Part shown: piece by piece, positions 10,342-19,595 of the stretch
How the letters are laid out: each line of letters begins with the position of its first letter
Numbering within the stretch: the first letter of the stretch is position 1
Assembly: GCA_963674705.1 (NCBI GenBank)
Contig: OY771506.1
Coordinates: 5,088,001 to 5,152,000 of the forward strand
Source of the DNA: Phycisphaeraceae bacterium
GTDB lineage: Bacteria; Planctomycetota; Phycisphaerae; Phycisphaerales; Phycisphaeraceae
Direction: 5' to 3'
Length of the DNA stretch: 64,000 nucleotides
Translations under genes and position numbers: made by a program
Notes under the pieces: model-generated
Databases searched by the model: none
The model's input: only the letters and a program-made list of their open reading frames with translations
Told to the model about the DNA's origin: nothing

Positions 10342-11133
10342 ATGAGCAAGACCTTGAGTTGTGCCTGCCTGGCCACACTGCTCTGCGCAGGCCACGCCTC
10401 AGCGGATACGTTTATCTTCGGCCGAAGGGCCAACGGCCTGACGGGCCTTTCCAGCGGAACCGTCGTCGGGACCGAAACCACCCTCAGCATCGCCGTCGCC
10501 ACACCCGGCGCGGTCATGGATGAGTCTGACTCCGACGGCATGGGCATCGACGCGACCGCCGTCGCAGGCGTCACCGATGCCAGCGACACCAAGTTCAACA
10601 TGCTCACCGGCTCGATCACCGGCGGCGAAGCCGTCACGTTCTCCTTCGATCAGTCTGGCATCCTCAACTCGCTTCTGTTCGACGGCATGAAGGACGAAAC
10701 ACTCGAACACTTCATCCTCACCACGCCCGACGGCACGATCTACACCCTCTTCGACTTCGAGGTCGAGATGCGCCTGAACCATCAGGGCTTCCAGCTTTCA
10801 GACATGGGCGTGCCGAATCCGACACAGGCTTTGGATTCCAGCGACGACATCGTCGGCTTGAACATCCCCTACCAGGCAGGTGAAGTCTTCACACTCACCT
10901 ACGGCGAGGTCGACTACGACGGCGCTGTCCTGCCCGGCTACTACCCCGCCGACGACAACCTCAACCCGACCGGCGACACGCCCAACGGCATCCGCTTTGA
11001 AGGCATCGTCGTCACCGTCGTCCCCGAACCCGCAACCCTCTCGCTAGGCCTGATCGCGATGGGCGGTTGCATGATCCGTCGCCCTCTGAACCGGATCAAC
11101 TTCGATCGCATCGTAATAGGTGCCATACTTTGA
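10342..11133 (+). CDS. PEP-CTERM surface protein
   Basis: Signal peptide; VVPEPATLSLGLIAMGGCMIRR sorting signal; acidic, Thr/Gly/Asp-rich. Confidence 0.85.
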   Translation: MSKTLSCACLATLLCAGHASADTFIFGRRANGLTGLSSGTVVGTETTLSIAVATPGAVMDESDSDGMGIDATAVAGVTDASDTKFNMLTGSITGGEAVTFSFDQSGILNSLLFDGMKDETLEHFILTTPDGTIYTLFDFEVEMRLNHQGFQLSDMGVPNPTQALDSSDDIVGLNIPYQAGEVFTLTYGEVDYDGAVLPGYYPADDNLNPTGDTPNGIRFEGIVVTVVPEPATLSLGLIAMGGCMIRRPLNRINFDRIVIGAIL

Positions 11134-11225
11134 CTCCGCAGGAGCAAAGTGTGCGGGTATCAATATACGTTTTCGCTTTGCAGCTAATCTAATCAACACC
11201 GTGACTTCTAATTAATGATTTTAAT

Positions 11226-11384
11226 TAGCCACCGATAAACACGGATGAACACAGATCAAACATGAATTGATTTTTCCCGTAGATATCAGTTCAAAATACA
11301 TGCGATTGCTTTTACTGCTATGAGTCTATTTAACCGTATTACTCTTGTTTCTTATCTGTGTTAATCCGTGTTTATCGGTGGCTA
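11226..11384. repeat. Intergenic inverted-repeat element (family C)
   Basis: tagccaccgataaacacggatgaacacagat (11226-11256) and its reverse complement at 11354-11384 (30/31) around an AT-rich spacer of about 97 bp. Confidence 0.9.
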
Positions 11385-11464
11385 TATGGGCTGTATACAG
11401 TTGCAAACCGAACGAAGATCATTAGTAAGTTAGTCAGTCAATAAGCAGCAAGAACCGGCATCAT

Positions 11465-12046
11465 CTAGTCGGCCGAGACTTCACCCGCCTTATCGAGTGT
11501 TACGTGTAGGTCTGCGCCCATGCCGTTGGTCACGTAATCATCAACAATGGTGTCGATGTTATCTGAACCATGTGTCGCAGTGAGTACTAACTCACCATCC
11601 GAACCTATCCAGAATGAATCAGATGCGGTCCCGCCTGGCGGGATGTCACCGAGATAAGCATGAACTCCGCCGCCTAACACACTTACATCCTGTAAGGGCT
11701 GATCGCTTTGATTCACAACCGTGATGGTATAGCGTGTTTGTATTACGACAACAGCTACCACGCAAACTCCCGCAGCGATGAAGTTGCTGATGACAAGAAT
11801 CAGTACGCCAAGCACATGATGGGACACTCTTCTTCGCGGCGATTCCTTTTGCATTTTCGCGATGATGATCGCAGCAATCACGCACACGATCGCAAGAAAC
11901 ACACTCGCCACCCCCGCATAGATCGTTAACATCCCGGCATACATAAGCCAAAACGCCCGCGTTACCAGCCACGCAACAAAGATGCCGACACCGATAACCA
12001 GCGGCAACGCGGCAAGTATCCAGGCGGCTTTAATCAGTTTCGACAT
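11465..12046 (-). CDS. Hypothetical membrane protein (three TM segments plus a small beta domain)
   Basis: Hydrophobic helices, then YTITVVNQSDQPLQDV; AGAGGA before ATG 12046. Confidence 0.65.
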   Translation of the reverse strand: MSKLIKAAWILAALPLVIGVGIFVAWLVTRAFWLMYAGMLTIYAGVASVFLAIVCVIAAIIIAKMQKESPRRRVSHHVLGVLILVISNFIAAGVCVVAVVVIQTRYTITVVNQSDQPLQDVSVLGGGVHAYLGDIPPGGTASDSFWIGSDGELVLTATHGSDNIDTIVDDYVTNGMGADLHVTLDKAGEVSAD

Positions 12047-12185
12047 CGCGAATCCTCTGCTGGAAAGGTCAGGAACCTGACATCCCAAGTGTTATCCTGT
12101 GATCGTTAAACTATTGTGCCGAGGTGGCAGTATGTGATACGGTATCTGTCAGGATTTGTTCGACAAGCCAATAGTGATATCAATC

Positions 12186-12452
12186 ATGCAAGACGACTAC
12201 GATCCTGAGGCCCCAAGCGATTTTGATCTTGACGATCAGGATGAAACCCTCGCCTGCCCCGAATGCGGCGCGGCGGTCTACGATGATGCCGACTACTGCA
12301 ACAAGTGCGGCCACTGGATCACGCCAAGCGACAGCCAATCCAAACTCGATCTGAAGCACCCCCACCGGAATACAAAACTCATTGCATTAATCCTGCTGCT
12401 GGTGATTCTGGTGCCGGCTATTGTGTTCTGGGTGGTGACTTTTCTGATTTAG
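12186..12452 (+). CDS. Zinc-ribbon protein with C-terminal TM anchor
   Basis: CPECG..CNKCG; acidic N-terminus; hydrophobic C-terminus. Confidence 0.75.
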   Translation: MQDDYDPEAPSDFDLDDQDETLACPECGAAVYDDADYCNKCGHWITPSDSQSKLDLKHPHRNTKLIALILLLVILVPAIVFWVVTFLI

Positions 12453-12664
12453 AAATTGACTCGATCCGCCACGCCCTCTTGCCTGTTGCCAAAAAGAACC
12501 ACACCCATGCGCACGCCCCCCAATCACGACAGAACCGTGCGCGCAAACGATGGTGGATAACCGGTAGTTCAAACGTGCCCGATTTGCCCGCGCGGGCCGG
12601 AGCGGTTAGGCCGATTCGGCATCATGTTAAGCAACAGGTGAGTCCCCGTTTTTCTTTCGATGCG

Positions 12665-13681
12665 CTACGGCTTGGGCGCTTGATTCGGGTCGGTCACCTG
12701 GACTGATTCAAAGACAGTGATGCCGACCGGCGGGCCTTCGATCACTACGGGATAGTCTTTGGGCGTCAGCGCAATGAGCAAGCGGTTGACATCTTGCGGC
12801 GTAAGGTTACCTGCGATCTGTATCTGTCCATCCGGCATGGCGGAAATGATCTTCGGCGCCATGATAATGCGATCGTTTACAACGATGGCCATAAACCTGC
12901 CAACCAGATCGGTGGTGATGCGCTTGAACACTTCAGCGCCGGTCTTGTCCAGTTCGATAAAAACCGCGGGATTGCCGTAGTTATCCCTGGCTTTCTCGAC
13001 GTATTTGATTTGCCAACTGTCGGGACCCGATCGCGTCGATACGGCCGGTCTGTTACCGACAAGTATGCAGACTTCATCGTTATAAGATTCCGCGATCCAG
13101 CCCCTGCTTGCAAACAAGTAGTCGGCTACCGCCTCAGGCATGTAGTTGTTGGTTTGATCGCGCGGGATGTCCCATTGCTCCTGCACGTTGTCCAACACAA
13201 ACCATATGCAATCCGGTTGCTCATGATCCCAAGCCGGGCCGTGCTCATATAACGCTTGCTTCCATTGATCAACCTCCGCCTCTGTAAGGTCCGGCATCTT
13301 GTCTTCCACCAGCACATGGAAAGACAATCGACCTTGTTCGACCAACGCGCTAGTAAGGTGCACAACCTGCTGCTGCGCCTCGGTATCGATAGCAGAAATC
13401 GGTATCACGATTTCGATCTGGTTCCAAGCGGCCGATGTCACGTACCACGGGTAACCGCTGAGATACGCCACGTCCTGAATCGCTTCGATAGCTTTCTGCA
13501 TCTGCTTGGCCGGGTCAGCCTGCGGCGGGAAGCTGACCTCGTAAACAATACTCACACCCTCATCAGGTCGTTCATCAAGAATGTACGCATCCGCACTGCC
13601 GGATCGTCCGCAACCCATCACGGCCAGACACGCAACGATAAGCAACAAGCTGATCCACCCGGTTATCCTGACTGTTTTCAT
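12665..13681 (-). CDS. Lipoprotein with SecDF P1-head-like domain
   Basis: Lipobox-like VMGC; GNPAVFIELDKTGAEVFKRIT..VGRFMAIVVNDRIIMAPKI..GQIQIAGNLT; no SecD TM bundle. Confidence 0.7.
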   Translation of the reverse strand: MKTVRITGWISLLLIVACLAVMGCGRSGSADAYILDERPDEGVSIVYEVSFPPQADPAKQMQKAIEAIQDVAYLSGYPWYVTSAAWNQIEIVIPISAIDTEAQQQVVHLTSALVEQGRLSFHVLVEDKMPDLTEAEVDQWKQALYEHGPAWDHEQPDCIWFVLDNVQEQWDIPRDQTNNYMPEAVADYLFASRGWIAESYNDEVCILVGNRPAVSTRSGPDSWQIKYVEKARDNYGNPAVFIELDKTGAEVFKRITTDLVGRFMAIVVNDRIIMAPKIISAMPDGQIQIAGNLTPQDVNRLLIALTPKDYPVVIEGPPVGITVFESVQVTDPNQAPKP

Positions 13682-13772
13682 TTATCACCCCAGCAAAGCT
13701 TACAGACCATTATTACGTTCCGACACATTATGCCATATGCACAACAAAACATCGCACATTTTGCCCGTTGAG

Positions 13773-14750
13773 TCAAAGTATAGTATCTGGCGTGGATTTA
13801 TTGCGAAATGCACTTGGTTGTTTGAGTGAATCGTGCTTACTAACCATTTCCTTAGCAAGCTCATAATTGCCTATAGCAGAAAATACAAACCTAGACGATT
13901 CAATTACCTGTAAAGAATTTTGGTGAACCACATTTTCTGGCTCCAGTACAATCATTTGATTCCTAAAGACACCTCTTACAAATGCTTCTAGTGAGGTTAT
14001 ACTAAACGGCAGGTGACCGCAGTAACCATAAAGCCAATGCGCTTTGTCAAGTGCATTCTTGATAGAATGTGCTAGATGAGAACAGATAAAGCATAATGAT
14101 AGCTGTGGGCTAATGGGCATAAATATCTGGATGCCTTTCACATCTAATCCCAGATTACCTCTACCTGGATATTCAAAATCATTATGCATGGTGACTGGTG
14201 TGTCGGAAATGTAAAAATCCATCCCATCTGGTGTTTTCGCAAGATACCATTGCTTGTCAAGATAATATCTAGCAGTATCCTTAGCTATTGACACAAGCTC
14301 AATTCCCGAATTATGCAATTGCTGCTCGCTCAACTCTTCAAATCCTTCTACTTTCGCAGGATCGTCTCCATGAGACACTATAAAAGAACGTATAGTCTCG
14401 TATACGCTCTGAAGTCTCTGACGGGAGCTTTTTACTCGCAATTGCTGTACAGCTATAAATATCGAGATCTGAACTCTCTCTTCAGCATTGAGAAATTTAA
14501 TTGATTCGGCTTCAATAATGCGGCGCAACAATGACGCAAAATTAGATTCTAATCCTGTAAAAAATCCTTCTGCCGATTCCAGTCCTACTTCGTCTTGAAA
14601 ATCATTGAAACCATGCTCGGCAGCAACATTGCGAATTGATGTAACAAACTCCTTTTCCTCAGCCTTGTCGAATACACAAATTTGTTCTTTGTTAGAAGCA
14701 AATTGCCGGAGCAAACACTGTGGAACATAATGTTGGTTCTGAGGAGGCAT
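13773..14750 (-). CDS. DUF4238-family protein, AT-rich
   Basis: N-terminal QHYVPQCLLRQF, FYISDTPV, IFMPISPQL motifs; visibly lower GC than neighbours. Confidence 0.75.
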   Translation of the reverse strand: MPPQNQHYVPQCLLRQFASNKEQICVFDKAEEKEFVTSIRNVAAEHGFNDFQDEVGLESAEGFFTGLESNFASLLRRIIEAESIKFLNAEERVQISIFIAVQQLRVKSSRQRLQSVYETIRSFIVSHGDDPAKVEGFEELSEQQLHNSGIELVSIAKDTARYYLDKQWYLAKTPDGMDFYISDTPVTMHNDFEYPGRGNLGLDVKGIQIFMPISPQLSLCFICSHLAHSIKNALDKAHWLYGYCGHLPFSITSLEAFVRGVFRNQMIVLEPENVVHQNSLQVIESSRFVFSAIGNYELAKEMVSKHDSLKQPSAFRNKSTPDTIL

Positions 14751-14861
14751 TGTTAAGTAATAGCCATATCTATTTATATGTCACTATTCATAATTTGGCT
14801 ACGAAACACACACTGGCGAATTTGATAGTAAATCGTGGAATCCATGGTTGGTTACATGAAT

Positions 14862-15902
14862 CTAAAGCAGCCCCGCTGTCTCTTCCAGATCGAACACTGC
14901 GTTCATGTTCTGAACAGCTTGGCCTGATGCGCCTTTGACCATGTTGTCGATGGCGCTGAAGACGATGACTCTTGGGACGTCGCCTTGTTTGGTGAGTCTT
15001 ACGGTGATGTCGCAGAAGTTGGTGTTGGCGACGTGTTTGACGTTGGGTAAATCTTCGCGGACTCGGATGAAGGGTTCGTCTTCGTACGTATCTTCGTAGG
15101 CTTCGAACAGTTCATCCTCGGTGACGTCCGGGTCGGCGGGTTCGAGGTAGATGGTTTCTAAGATGCCTCGGTCGATGGGCAGCAGGTGCGGGACGAACAG
15201 TGCGTGGATGGGTTTGCCGGCGACGAGGGATAAGGTTTGTTCGATTTCGGGTTGATGTCGGTGGCCGCCGATCGTACCGTAGGGCAGGTAGGATTCGTTG
15301 TGATTGGGGAAGTGCAGCATTTCGCTTGGTGACTTGCCTGCGCCGGTGGTGCCGCTTGCTGCATTAATGAGGATCGGGTCGTGCTTGATGAGGCTGTGCG
15401 ACAGCAGCGGCGCGACGCCGAGCGCTGCGGCGGTGGGATAGCAGCCGGGGTTAGCGACGAGCATCGCACCCGGAAGGTTGTCGCGGTTCAACTCGGGTAG
15501 GCCGTAGACAGCTTCAGCGAGGTTTTCCGGGTCTTCGTGCGGGGTGGCGTAGACCTTTTCATATAGTTCGGTTGACGCAAGTCGGTAGTCAGCAGACAGA
15601 TCAATCACGCGCAGGCCGACATCCAATAGCTTCGGCGCGTAGCTCATCGCGGCCTTGTGCGGCAGCGCAAGGAAAACGACATCGGCTTCGTCAGCGATGA
15701 CAGCGGGATCGATCGGGCGGCACGTGGCGACTTCATCCTCAACGCGGCCGAGTAAAGCCGGGAAGACATCACGGATGTCGGGCAGTTCATCCCGGTGGCT
15801 TGCCAGGTAAGTCAACTGCGTAGACGGGTGGCGCAAGAGGATGTTGATCAGGTCGAATCCGGTATACCCGGTCGGCCCCACGATAGCGGCTCGGATAGAC
15901 AT
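14862..15902 (-). CDS. argC: N-acetyl-gamma-glutamyl-phosphate reductase
   Basis: IVGPTGYTG, DLSADYRL, ANPGCYPT, IDNMVKGASGQAVQNMN. Confidence 0.97.
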   Translation of the reverse strand: MSIRAAIVGPTGYTGFDLINILLRHPSTQLTYLASHRDELPDIRDVFPALLGRVEDEVATCRPIDPAVIADEADVVFLALPHKAAMSYAPKLLDVGLRVIDLSADYRLASTELYEKVYATPHEDPENLAEAVYGLPELNRDNLPGAMLVANPGCYPTAAALGVAPLLSHSLIKHDPILINAASGTTGAGKSPSEMLHFPNHNESYLPYGTIGGHRHQPEIEQTLSLVAGKPIHALFVPHLLPIDRGILETIYLEPADPDVTEDELFEAYEDTYEDEPFIRVREDLPNVKHVANTNFCDITVRLTKQGDVPRVIVFSAIDNMVKGASGQAVQNMNAVFDLEETAGLL

Positions 15903-15925
15903 AGTCGGGGCATTGTATAAAGCAA

Positions 15926-15959
15926 AGGGTGTGGGGTGTGGGGTGTAGGGTGTGGGGTG
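15926..15959. repeat. Heptamer tandem repeat (RGGGTGT) x~5
   Basis: agggtgt ggggtgt ggggtgt agggtgt ggggtg. Confidence 0.85.
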
Positions 15960-16015
15960 AAGACAAGAGTTGTTTATTGGGGGTTGTCAAGGGGGGCAGT
16001 GAGATGGGGGCAGAC

Positions 16016-16107
16016 TGCCAGATTGGCAGAATTTTGCAAAATGCCATAGTTCGCAATCTGTTTATTTTCAGGCATTTACGATTTTATGAACTGGCATGGG
16101 GGTTGCA
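16016..16107 (+). promoter_or_regulatory. Sigma-54 promoter with upstream palindrome (candidate enhancer-binding site) for hsp20
   Basis: TGGCAT-GGGGG-TTGCA at 16092-16107 (GG-N10-GC); palindrome TGCCA-GAT-TGGCA at 16016-16028; AT-rich IHF-like tract between them. Confidence 0.7.
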
Positions 16108-16200
16108 AGAGTATAGAGCGTCGGAAGGCCGCGACGCATCAGTAGGAACTTAACGGCGGCAATGGCAAGAACGACAAACAAACCTGAAAGGAGGTTCGAA

Positions 16201-16626
16201 ATGCTACCGACACTCAGGCGAATGTACCGCACACCATTGGATGAATTGACCCGCGAACTGGACCGCGTGATGAACACCGGCATGCATGCCATGAATGGCG
16301 AATTGGCCACGGCGGCGTACCCGGTCGACATCCACGAGGATGAAAACACGATCACTGTTGAAGCGGAGATGCCGGGCTTCAAGAAGGAAGACATCGACAT
16401 CACGCTCGAGCAAGGCGTCCTGAGCATCAGTGCCGAACGCAAGGTCGAAGAGACCAAGGGCGAGCAGCACCTGAACGAACGCTGCTACCGCCGGATCGCG
16501 CGCAGCTTCAAGCTGCCCGTGCCGGTCGACGAATCGAAGGTCGAAGCGTCGTTGACCGACGGCGTGCTGACGTTGAAGCTCGCCAAACCCGAAGAGGTCA
16601 AACCGCGCAAGATCAAGGTCAACTAA
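16201..16626 (+). CDS. Small heat-shock protein Hsp20/alpha-crystallin
   Basis: YPVDIHED, AEMPGFKKEDI, RSFKLP, ASLTDGVLTLKLAK; GAAAGGAGG before ATG 16201. Confidence 0.95.
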   Translation: MLPTLRRMYRTPLDELTRELDRVMNTGMHAMNGELATAAYPVDIHEDENTITVEAEMPGFKKEDIDITLEQGVLSISAERKVEETKGEQHLNERCYRRIARSFKLPVPVDESKVEASLTDGVLTLKLAKPEEVKPRKIKVN

Positions 16627-16664
16627 TCATAAGTTGACTGATAACCGTATCTTTCTCCCCTCCG

Positions 16665-16702
16665 CCCTGCCGCGCTGCATTCCGAGCCCGGCAGGGTTTT
16701 TG
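16665..16702 (+). terminator. Intrinsic terminator after hsp20
   Basis: ccctgccg...cggcaggg stem followed by a T-run. Confidence 0.75.
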
Positions 16703-16719
16703 TTTTTGTTTTTGTGTTG

Positions 16720-17227
16720 AACCGCGAAGGCGCTAAGAGCGCGAAGAGGAGAAGAAGATGTTAGCCGCAAATGAACGCAAATAGACGCGAATAGGAGAGG
16801 TGATAATTAGCCACGGATGAACACAGAAGAAAAAGTGATCCGCAGATTATGGGGATTACGCAGATTTTTAAAATACAAAACAATACGGAATCTTAATCCG
16901 TGAAATCTGCGTCATCTGCGGATCACTTCTTATCCGTCATACTTCTTATCCGTGTTTATCTGTGCTTAATATCCTCGCTTTTCTTCGCGCTCTTCGCGTC
17001 TTCGCGGTTGATCAGGATCGAGTACACATAATCAATCCGGCCCTCACCCCGGCCCTCTCCCGAGGGGAGAGGGGGTAAAACAGATTCTTACATCCCCCAC
17101 TTCTTTGCTTTCTTATCTGTGATTATCCGTGTTCATCGGTGGCTAATTCTTCTTAATCTTATTCGCGTCTATTTGCGTTCATTTGCGGCTAACTTCTTCT
17201 TCGCGCTCTTCGCGTCTTTGCGGTTAA
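16720..17227. repeat. Nested inverted-repeat array A-B-C-D-D'-c'-a'-E-C'-B'-A'
   Basis: B 16760-16793 and B' 17160-17193 are exact 34-bp reverse complements; A 16720-16757/A' 17194-17227; C 16805-16827/C' 17114-17148; D 16833-16866/D' 16895-16928; hairpin E 17041-17075. Confidence 0.9.
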
Positions 17228-18066
17228 TCCCTGTTCAGGATGTACTTTTCGATCACGTATGCGACGCCGTCTTCGTCGTTGGCGGGGGCGGTGATGTCGG
17301 CGGCTTGTTTTAAGTAGTCCCAGCCGTTGGCCATGGCGACGCCTACGCCGGCCCATTGGATCATGCCCAGGTCGTTGGGCGCGTCGCCGATCGCCATGAC
17401 GTTTTGCTGATCGATTTTGTAATGCTCGGCGACGACCTTAAGCGCGCTTGCCTTATCGACTTGTTTGTGAACGAGCTGGATGAGAAAGTCATCACAGGTG
17501 AGGATCGCGATCTGGCTGCCGAACTTCTTGCGGACCGATTCGTGGATGGGTTTGAGTTTTTCGGGCGGCGCGAGGAGCATGAGTTTGGTGACGGGGACGG
17601 TGAGGAACGCATCGAGTGGGCCGACGAAGTCGGGCTCGAAGTATCGGCTGGTCGCGGTGGGCAGGGTTTCGTCGACGTGGTCGGTGTACCACTTGTCCAG
17701 GACCTCGAGGCTGACGACGACGCCCGGGTCCATCTTGCGTGCGAACTTGACGATCTGCCTGGCGAGGTTGGCAGACAGCGGCTGATGGAAGACGTGCTTG
17801 CCGCGCGGCATGTCGTGGATGAGTGCGCCGTTGTAGTTGACCTGCAGCGTGTCGAGGGAAAGGCGGTGGTAGATCTCGCGGACGCTGCGGGGCGGGCGGG
17901 CGGAGGCGAGGACGACGTGGATACCTCGGTTGGTGGCCTCGGCGACGGCGCGGGCGTTGGTGGCGCTGAGGCGTTTGTTGTCGTGCAGCAGCGTGCCGTC
18001 CAGGTCGATGGCGACAAGGCGGATCGTAGCGGTTTTGTCGGGGTTTTCGGGCTTTTTGTCGGTCAT
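17224..18066 (-). CDS. Cof-type HAD-IIB hydrolase
   Basis: AIDLDGTLL, LASARP, VDKASAL, IGDAPNDLGM, NDEDGVA; the real start is ATG 18066, not the long ORF start. Confidence 0.92.
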   Translation of the reverse strand: MTDKKPENPDKTATIRLVAIDLDGTLLHDNKRLSATNARAVAEATNRGIHVVLASARPPRSVREIYHRLSLDTLQVNYNGALIHDMPRGKHVFHQPLSANLARQIVKFARKMDPGVVVSLEVLDKWYTDHVDETLPTATSRYFEPDFVGPLDAFLTVPVTKLMLLAPPEKLKPIHESVRKKFGSQIAILTCDDFLIQLVHKQVDKASALKVVAEHYKIDQQNVMAIGDAPNDLGMIQWAGVGVAMANGWDYLKQAADITAPANDEDGVAYVIEKYILNRD

Positions 18067-18153
18067 GGAATCCTTACACTCGCTTGTCGGCGTGGGATGC
18101 ATAGAATAGCGATAATCCCACCGAGTACCGCAACCCCCTACCACAACAAAAAA

Positions 18154-19179
18154 ATGGCTATGACACTTTCCACGCTGAACCACAAGCCGATCAACGACGC
18201 CAACCGCCTGGGCCTGGATTACCGGGCGGAGGCGGAACGTTTTGCCTATACCGGGCCGATCTTCGATATCCACACGCATATCAATACGGTCGAGGCGGCA
18301 CGTCTGTACTTCGAGGTGGCGGATTTGTTCAACGTGCGGGGGTGCTTGTCCATGACGAAGCTGGAGAACTGCGACGCGATCGACGCCGAATTCAGGGACC
18401 GGATCGAATACATCGCGGTGCCGAATTACGAGGCGCGTGATGAGCCGGGCACGTTCACGACGGACTGGCTGAAGCGGATGGAGAAGTTCCGCGAGCGAGG
18501 GTGTCGGATCATCAAGTTCTGGGCTGCGCCGCGCGGGCGCGACCTGCACGCCGATGCGTTTCACCTGGACTCCCCTACCCGACGAGAAAGTATCAAGTAT
18601 GCATACGACCTGGGTTATCGCATGTTCATGACACACGTCGGTGATCCGGATACGTGGTTTGCCACGATGTATGCCGATGCGAGCAAATATGGCAAGAAGC
18701 GTGAGCATCTAGCCCAGTTGGAAGAGTTGCTCTACGAGTATCCAGATGTGAAGTGGATCGGCGCGCATATGAGCGGGTACCCGGAAGATTTGGACTTCGT
18801 ACAAGGCATGCTCGATCGTCATCCGAATTACGTGATCGATACCAGCGCGACGAAGTGGCAGGTGCGCGAGCTGAGCAAGCAGCCGGAGCGTTTCCGCGAA
18901 TTGTGTGAGAACAATCCAGGGCGGATTGTTTTCGGCACGGACATCGTTGCGAACAATGACAACCTTGATTTTGATCTATACGCCAGCCGATTCTGGGCGC
19001 TGCGCACGCTGATCGAAACGGATTACGCCGGCAAGAGCCCGATCGTCGATCCGGACCTGCATATGGTCGATCCGAGCGTGGATGAGAAGTCGACGGCGGA
19101 CCTGCGCGGTGCATTGATCAAGGGGGACACGCTTGCGATGCTGTACAACGGTGCGGCGGAGAAGTTTTTGGGAGAGTGA
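18154..19179 (+). CDS. Amidohydrolase-family (TIM-barrel metal-dependent) protein
   Basis: DIHTHI, THVGDPD, IGAHM, IDTSA, IVFGTD motifs; the 5' part of the long ORF is antisense to Cof. Confidence 0.85.
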   Translation: MAMTLSTLNHKPINDANRLGLDYRAEAERFAYTGPIFDIHTHINTVEAARLYFEVADLFNVRGCLSMTKLENCDAIDAEFRDRIEYIAVPNYEARDEPGTFTTDWLKRMEKFRERGCRIIKFWAAPRGRDLHADAFHLDSPTRRESIKYAYDLGYRMFMTHVGDPDTWFATMYADASKYGKKREHLAQLEELLYEYPDVKWIGAHMSGYPEDLDFVQGMLDRHPNYVIDTSATKWQVRELSKQPERFRELCENNPGRIVFGTDIVANNDNLDFDLYASRFWALRTLIETDYAGKSPIVDPDLHMVDPSVDEKSTADLRGALIKGDTLAMLYNGAAEKFLGE

Positions 19180-19237
19180 GTGTTTGGGTGTAGCGATTTA
19201 ATCGCTAATCTCGAATCGTTAATCGCTAATATCTCAT

Positions 19238-19264
19238 CAACGCCGGTCCTGAGCGCAGCGAAGG
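19238..19264. repeat. Dispersed 27-bp repeat (family G)
   Basis: caacgccggtcctgagcgcagcgaagg identical at 59998-60024. Confidence 0.85.
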
Positions 19265-19292
19265 TCCGGGCGGTTTTTCTTGGTGTGGGGTG

Positions 19293-19347
19293 TGGAGACC
19301 TTCGGCCAGTTATTTCGGCGGGGTCGGGAGACCCGCGCCGAGCGCGG
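19293..19347. repeat. 55-bp REP-like repeat (family F), copy 1
   Basis: tggagaccttcggccagttatttcggcggggtcgggagacccgcgccgagcgcgg; copies at 20029-20083 (3 mismatches) and 27051-27103. Confidence 0.9.
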
Positions 19348-19385
19348 ATGCAACCACACCGGGACGTCCAAGGTATAATGCTGGC

Positions 19386-19595
19386 ATGAATCCTGACCCG
19401 TTCAAGCTCGACAGGACCGCGGTGCGTTTCATGGATAAGGACCGGGAACTGCATCGCAAAGCGTACGAGCATTACAAGCACCTTACACCCGCGCAACGGA
19501 TCGCCTGCGTGGAGCAACTACGGCAGATGTGGCATGGACCAGATGCACTTAACGCCCGACTTCCGCGAGTTCTTAAGTTTATTGAACGACCATGA
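19386..19595 (+). CDS. Small protein upstream of a nucleotidyltransferase (putative antitoxin/partner)
   Basis: 69 aa MNPDPFKLDRT...LTPAQRIACVEQLR..; overlaps the next gene; TATAAT 6 nt before ATG. Confidence 0.65.
   Translation: MNPDPFKLDRTAVRFMDKDRELHRKAYEHYKHLTPAQRIACVEQLRQMWHGPDALNARLPRVLKFIERP

Noticed and set aside
16720..17227. Possible CRISPR array
   Set aside because: Repeats are inverted and heterogeneous, with no constant repeat-spacer period and no cas genes
17356..18708. Two long mutually overlapping ORFs (607 aa + and 494 aa -)
   Set aside because: Each extension is the stop-free antisense frame of the other real gene; true starts are about 18066 (-) and 18154 (+)
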